64,000 nt of DNA from Trichosphaerium sp. ATCC 40318. Lineage: Eukaryota > Protista > Tubulinea. The translations under genes were made by a program, and so were the position numbers. The notes under the pieces were generated by a model. It did not search any database and was not told the origin of the DNA. It was given only the letters and a program-made list of their open reading frames with translations. The first letter of the stretch is position 1; every line of letters begins with the position of its first letter. Positions 49,801 through 64,000 of this stretch are shown one piece after another. The DNA is taken from assembly GCA_038496445.1 (NCBI GenBank), contig JALMLS010000237.1:39304-103303 (forward strand). The letters run 5' to 3'.

Positions 49801-50305
49801 CAGTGAACTCTATATAATCTATTAGCCAAGCAGCTTGATAACTAGTAACAAGTTACATTGGCACCATACCTCTATACTGGTAAACAGTTTCAAAGCACCA
49901 GTTTCTGCTATTTCGAATACATGTATAGTACGCGGGTCAACTGCTATTGAAGCCTTACTATTACCTGCTGCTGCATAAATAGGTCCAAATGACGACGGTC
50001 CCACGCTCACATAGTGCGAGTAACAAGATTTATTTCGTAAATTGCTACTAGTCGTTAGATTCAAAACAACTAGCGTCAATAGACGTTAACCGGTTTGTAA
50101 AAGCGAAAAGTAGTTACCCAGCGTAAAAGTTGTAAGAACTACTATCGTATGCTGCGTAAAAGCCATTTGGTGAGGCTGAGAATGCCTTGTCAACGTTTTG
50201 TGCGAGCACCGGCCATCTAGTAGGTAACGTGCAGTCACATAATACCACGCAGCCACTGTACAATAAAACCAGCACGAAAACACGCACTAAACTGTTGGCT
50301 TGCAT
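46873..50305 (-). CDS. Large membrane protein: signal peptide, beta-rich ectodomain, ephrin-receptor-like (GCC2/GCC3) Cys repeat, three TM segments
   Basis: CPAGTYKSYQGIDICKLCEPGTWQPNEGSTSCIKC; TM segments near 48570-48680, 48410-48470 and 47330-47385; 3' end is approximate. Confidence 0.7.
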
Positions 50306-50594
50306 TCGTAGTTTGCGCCTTTAATACAAACGACTCGCTTAACTTAGTGTTGTCATTCAGGCTCAAAATAACAGATACCCTCTAAAGCTAATTGATATTG
50401 CTATAATAAACTGCACCAGAACCATTAACTTCTCGTTTTGGTGCGCCTTTTAGTAATGCAATCCCGTTCAAAATGAAAATACGATAATGGCAGAAAGTTC
50501 GCAAGGGAAACCCAAATATGTAGAACTTTGTCAAAAAAAAGTCGAAAATTCGGCACACTAATTATCCTATATTATACCATAGGAACTATTTAGA

Positions 50595-50650
50595 AAGCCC
50601 CCCTGAAAGGGGGGGTTTGGGGGGGCAGAGCCTAGCGGCGACTGAGCGCC
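50595..50650. other. GC-rich hairpin / G-tract island in an AT-rich intergenic region
   Basis: CCCCCC-TGAAA-GGGGGG stem, G7-TTT-G7, CAGAGCC, then a GGCG-ACTGAG-CGCC stem. Confidence 0.6.
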
Positions 50651-50876
50651 ATAACCCAGTTGTCTCCCTTTGTGGCGAACAGTTCAATATCACTTTGACA
50701 TTTTTTCTACTTTTTTTTCGACATTTTAGTACACACCGTTCGCAACATTTCGTTTTAGTTTAATTTAGCCAAGACCCTTCTAAAGTAGCAAAAAACGGTG
50801 TTATCACCATAAACCCCGATATAACTGGTACGCGAAAATTCGAACGTCAATTGACTCGTTGGGAGAATACGTTTTA

Positions 50877-53041
50877 TTACTCACTAGGTTTCTTTTCTAT
50901 CAACTTTGCATAAAATTGTGGTTCAGTGTTGTACTTATTCACTGTTGCAAAGTGACTATCTTCACAATTTGGAGTTTCAGTCTCAATCCACTCATAATTG
51001 GAGACAAGCGCAGACAATACTCTACGAAATAACACTATCAATGATCTTGTCACAAAATAAAAACACGTGCCTCCTCAGCATCATCATCGCAATCTTCTTG
51101 CCAGGACATATTCTCGGGCCCATACTGAAAGGGCTTAAGTCAAAGTCAGATGCTTCCCAACGCTCAGGGCGAAAGTTTTGTGGATCTACCCATTTTTCTT
51201 TAGAAGATGTAACACTTTGATGTAGTGGGACAACCATGGCCTTGAAACAAGTTAACCGAATGATATTGTTGTGTATGCTTACGCCTTTTGGTATAAAGTA
51301 GCCTTCAAATAAAATGTCTTCAGTACACACGTGAGGTATATAAACCGGAGCTGTAGGGCGATATCTACATGTGTTGAGATATTGTTCAAGTAGTACACAA
51401 GTACCTGAATGTCTCTTTAAGTACCCAATCCAAATAGGTCACCTCTCGCAGTACCTTAAAACAGTTAGCACATAGACTATATACTAGCACAGTAGTACCG
51501 TTGATTCACACGTGAGTGTATCAATCCCTTCTAGTGCCTTACGTAACTTTTCTTGGACGTCCTTATTCTTGGCTAGAACAACCAAAGCTCTACAAAAAGA
51601 AGTTAACAAAACGCCTTTTTCGGCAAAGATTGACGTACGTCTGTAGTGTATGTGCCGAAGTATCGAATCCAGCACCTAGTGCTTCTATCATAATACCTTT
51701 CTTTTGTTCTGTAGTTAACACACTATCCATGATACCGTCTAACATTACCGCACGCTTAAAAATACACGTCAAAAAAAGTTGGATTTGTCCAACAACGGCA
51801 ACAGTGCTACGTACACCTTTTTTATATTCTGCAATAATTTCGTCTGCAATAACATTCCTTCTCGCACATACTTTCTTCAGTTTATTGAGCTAACCGATGT
51901 AAGAAAGAACTAACTATTACGGTCGTTTAAACACTCCTACCCGTGCTTTTTCTAGAAATGCCAGGGAAGGCAACGAGTCCTGAACATAAGGGAGAGTGAA
52001 ATCTTCCATAATGGTTGTTTGAGTATCGTAGAGTTCTGAAAACTTGTTTCCCTTCTTGAATGCTCTTACATAATACAATAAGAACAAAATAGAACGCATT
52101 GACATACTTCTCTCCAAATAGGAGTAACGTCATTACATCAAACGTCATGCCATGAGTGACAGATGTGGCTCCTAAACAAATCTATTAAAAAAGGTACTAT
52201 TGCATAAATATCTATCACGTACCTATAGCTGTTTTATTTTTAGCACAAACCTTCAACATTTCCATCAAGTTTACAGTCTCCGCTTGTTGTATTTTGTCAG
52301 CTTGCTAAAAAAGAAACAAAACCTAAGCATCACAACATTATTCTGAAAAAACTGCTGTACCAACACAACATTGTGACCAAGGATTTTAGTCTTCCATGCC
52401 TTTCTCACGTTCTTATGAGAATCACCAATCGACATTACCGTCACTGAACGAAAAAATCAACCGGTTTAATGTACAAAGGACAAGAACGTACAGCCTTCCG
52501 GATCCATAGTGAAAAATGTTTCAATGTTCGCTACCATACCTTGAGCACTGAAGAATTGTTGAGAAGGTACGCTAGTTAAATCAAATGTACCGTCCAGAAA
52601 AAGCTTTTTTGTTCTTGACAAAAGCCTTCGTAATCATATCTTGGGTTGTAAGGAAAACTGCCTAAAAACTTGTAAATAAAAATGCATAATGCAGAATTAT
52701 TTATTTCATACCACCTGATTTCCAAGGTCAAGGCTGAAGATTCCTTGAAAATTGTCACCAATCTTAGCAACTGTGCTGCACAATAGTGAATTAAACCAGG
52801 TTTAACATACAATTGTAGAAAAGCTGTACAACCAAACACCACGCAAAAAAAAGGTGTAATTATGTTCTGTCGAAGAGTACCTTGGAAATTGTGTAGGATC
52901 AGGTAGTAAGTGTAAGTGACCAATAAGAGGAAGTGATAGAGGTCCTGGAGGTAATCCCTTGCGCTTTCTAGACAGATTTTTCCATAAAATCGACGCTATT
53001 ACGACAACAGCGAGGGCAATAACAACTTGTAATATTAGCAT
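50877..53041 (-). CDS. Cytochrome P450, many exons
   Basis: Signal anchor, LPPGPLSLPLIGHL, AGFDTS, KETFR, FRPERW, PFSMGPRICPG heme motif. Confidence 0.95.
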
Positions 53042-54357
53042 GTCGAGCAATTCAGGAAAGGATGCCTTATACTGCGTGTGAGATTTTACAGTTTTTCTCG
53101 AGTTTTTGCTAAGTAAAAACCAACTCAAACAATCTTAAGGAAAGGTACTATTAACGGTCGTATTGGCGAATCAAGATAGTTCCCAAACCAACACAACAAG
53201 ACCTTATCAACTTGTTGAAAAACACGTGTTGTAGCTTTTTATGGACGTTACTTTTTACTCTCGAAAATTATACTTAAATTCTGCGGTGAGTGCGATTGCT
53301 CATAAATGCGGCAACTCCAAATGCGGACAGGAACCGAGGAGTATGGCAAAAGCAAAAGTATTTTCCTAAAGACGTCAAAACTGAAATTTAAACCACAAAA
53401 GCTTACAACCCACAACGCCGCTAGTGTCGCGTGCTGGTACTTCAATCTAATAGTACACAAAATACCTGAAAGCAAAGGAACCGTTTCGAAAGACGTTTAT
53501 TTGAATGGAAACGAACACTTTATCAGACATCGCCTGAAACTCCTGCACTCATAAACGCACAAGGAAAAAAATCCATCAACAGCAGAAAATTCAACAAAAC
53601 AACTTCACGCTAGCTTACGCGCTATCACTTCGCGGAGTAATACCCACGAACTGAACGAAATGTTGATAACTTATTTGATTCACTGCACAATAACACAACC
53701 GCAAAACAACGATTAAACGCGTTTTCAGAGCAAATGGAGATGAGTCTATAGCAAGGGAGAAAGAAAAGTTCCGAATTTTCTTCGACAAGTAGAATACTTT
53801 TCCCCTACGACCTCGGCCACTCGTCACACGTAGCAGGGCCATCGAGAATACGTTAGGGTAAATACCTCATTAGCTTACGAGAAGATAAAAACACCCTCAA
53901 AGTCTAAACTGTACTTTTTTTTGTTGTTGAGCGTCGCAAATTTATAAATTCAGCCAAGAGATTGTGTTTGGGTTGTTTTTTGAGAAGTTGAACTGCGCCA
54001 GTTCGATCTCTAAACGCCCCGCAATCGTACCATTATTTGAGGTACCACGCAAGCTTTTGTTGGGCTGCGTTTCTTGGCTTGAATTCTAAAACAGCAGACG
54101 TACTTTTGCATCTCTTTTCACAACGGATTTTGACCGAAAGGGGATTAGCCCTTCAAAGCCCTTCAAAGTTTTACCGAGACTTAACTTCTTTCCAGAACTG
54201 ATTTAAGCGACTTGTTAGATTTGAGGGAAGGTTTGGACTGTAGCTAGGTGTATTGTTAGTGTCAAATTATACTACAAGCAGCAGGTACACTTGATCTCTT
54301 AACTGCGACCAAAAATCGCCGTTTCATACCAATTCTTGTTCTAACGCTACGAAGACC

Positions 54358-61696
<7,339 letters not shown>

Positions 61697-61980
61697 AAAG
61701 AAAAAAAAAATCAAAAGAGATGAAGTAATTTCTTTTGTCTTTTCTTTTTTTTTTTTACCTCATGTAACCTTGCTACAATGTAAAATAAACAACACGTTCT
61801 TGGCGTTCCAAAATAGAATTATTTCGTATCGAACAAGAACGTACAACAGCCTTTTTGAGGTAGTATCAGGCGAATCTTTGGCAAACGAAAGAGTAAAACC
61901 TTGAAGTCAAGCCTAGTCCAAGCTTGTCAAGTCAGCGGCTGTTGTAATACGTATCCATATCTCTAGGAGCGATTTTATTC

Positions 61981-64000
61981 ATGGTCATTATCTCTTTTGG
62001 AATCAACATAACGTCTTTTGCGTTGGCGGTTTTGTTCATTGTAGTACTGCACGTGGACTGCGTAGTATCGAGCAAAGGCATGATTTCGTAGTAGTTTCCT
62101 TTATTAAACTAAAAGCCTATACTAGCGTGCCAATTCGCTCAAAACTACAGCGCCAAAGAACTCATAGAGAACGAAGCGACACTCAACAGGTTTTTTTGTT
62201 ATATTCACGCACGTGATTATGTGTAAACATATTTTTTTCTGAAAACTAGATTTCTTGGCGAAGTGTTCACATGGGAGCATAATTTTTGGAAAGCAGCGAT
62301 CAATCCGCTAAACGGAATGACGTACACTCCCTGAGAAAATCGTGTTCATGTCAGTAATTGCGTTGTAGATACGATGGGCATGCTCTGGATGAAACTACTG
62401 GATTGTTAGCTCCTCCTTTGCATGATTTTTCTGCAGCTTCTAAAGAAGCTATTCCTTTAATGATTTGCACACGTGTATTCCTTGGAGACGACCTTGCAAA
62501 GGTATTAGTTTGTCTTTCATGTTGCTTTCTTTGGCATTAACATATTTTTACAGGTTGTTGTTGCTGGGACTGATCCTACTGGTGCTGAAAAAGCATGCTT
62601 TAACATGCTGACATTAAAAATAAAGACATTGAATGAGTTTAATACAATGTTCCCTAAATTCCAGTTACGCTTTTAAAGTTGAAGCGGTCATTGTATCCTT
62701 TGGTTCTTACTAGCAATAGAGGGTACCTACCATGGTTCAAGCACAATGGAACAAAAATAGGGCTACTACAAGGATGGACAGATCGGTATAGTGTACAACT
62801 CAACATGTTAGCTGATCGTTGATATTGCAGTGTACCAGCGCTGGACAATGGTGAGATGATATGGGGCATGTATGCGCTGTACAATGTCCTTCAAGATTCG
62901 GAAAACGGAGAATATAAGAACTTAGGCGCAGCCTATAAGAAGTATTTTGATTACATGGCGCAGGTATCATTTTGGAGTTCTCGGAACTTTCTGTATTTAA
63001 TATCAGTTTCAAGACAGCAAAGCCTTTGTTCTACAAAGGTGATGGACACGTTGCATCTGTTGCTCAAGTAGGTTCCACCCAACAAGCTGAGAGTAATTTA
63101 AAGGTAATTGGAACACTATCAAGTTAACGTGCTCACTATGTTTTATAGGACCTTGATGATCCGTATGAGGTGCATCATAGGTGTTTGTTGTTGGCTTAAA
63201 CAAGAATAGGGTGAGATGTTCACTTTTTTTATGGATCTGTTTTCTCCTTGGAAGAATGAATCAGAACGTGAGTTATTATGGATAGTTAAACGCCCACTTT
63301 TAGTTTCTGTTGATTATCAAACACCAAGGGGAATATAACGGTACAAAAAGGATGGTGGTTTTCTTCTCACGAGCAATGGAAATACATGGTAGCTAAAATT
63401 ATTTCTTCTTATTTATCACACCTACTAGGAGCTTCCTTACTTCTCTGTTGGTATTAATAAGAGAATATTCATGAACGGGGAACGTGCGAGAACGCAGAAT
63501 TCATGTTTAAAGGGATTACCTGGACTTAAAGCCTCTGTACAACAAGCATTTCATAGCTATAACTTAACATGAAATGAAGGTTACTGATGTCAGTGATGGA
63601 AACACCAAACGTACCATGCAATTAGGTGACTACCTCAGTGATAACGGAATCCCAGAAATTGCCTTCCAACCCTCATCAGATAAAGAGGTACAAATGCGCT
63701 GCTCCTGAGTTATAACACGTGCCTATAGGTGTTCACTCCGTATGCTTCGTTTCCAACTATTCTCGCAAACAAGTCTATTGGTGCTTCATGGTATTTGTCT
63801 ATGATTAAAGGTAGTAAGATGCAAGGCCATTATGGCTCTACTTGTAGTGTATCTGGTGACGGAACAAAAATTGCTCCTCTTGTCACATGGGACTCAAAAA
63901 TGACAACTGTTATCGCTATGGTTAGTCTTTTTAACAACGAAAAACAACTTTTGTTCTTACTTTTTTCTCCTAAAGCTTGGTGGAGTACAAGATGTTGTAG
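61981..64000 (+). CDS. Endo-beta-1,2-glucanase-like protein (GH162), 3' end beyond the window
   Basis: Signal peptide; CQFAQNY, WEHNF, NGMT|YDG, FSAASKE, PALDNGE, DDPYE|GE, TVQKGWWFSSHEQWK, GERART, TPYASFP, VTWDSK; apparent 1-nt deletion near 63328. Confidence 0.82.

Noticed and set aside
53150-54350. ORFs and the AGCCCTTCAA doublet upstream of RPB1
   Set aside because: The ORFs lack motifs; CCCT(T)CAAA-like words recur in intergenic DNA but I could not show enrichment by eye

Overview
AT-rich, gene-dense, intron-rich eukaryotic DNA. It is probably from an amoebozoan protist; this is an inference from the 5S rRNA sequence, a Frizzled/Smoothened-like GPCR and a stand-alone PARP-like gene. Most introns are about 40-60 nt with GTACG/GTAAG/GTATG donors and CTAAC-like branch sites, so the ORF track fragments nearly every gene. 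I spliced about 25 genes by eye. They include a CTD small phosphatase, RNase Z, SAM protein, SnoaL-like protein, PARP-like ADP-ribosyltransferase, nurim/MddA-like protein, Timeless, FMO, LPMO-like protein, MFSD1, TMEM121-like protein, glycerate kinase, FSL GPCR, P450, RPB1, a GH162 beta-1,2-glucanase and six F-box genes, plus decayed LRR and USP relics. The main findings are: (1) an intact 5S rRNA gene nested in sense inside an intron of the CTD-phosphatase gene, whose other long introns also fold into structured elements; (2) an F-box-Sec7-PH gene whose catalytic Glu finger is naturally Lys; (3) an F-box fused to a degenerate Ras-like GTPase; (4) a His-brace LPMO-like secreted protein; (5) a Lys7-rich RPB1 CTD; (6) frequent GC-AG introns and strong CACGTG enrichment. 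Exon boundaries are manual, and family calls rest on recalled motifs, not database searches.
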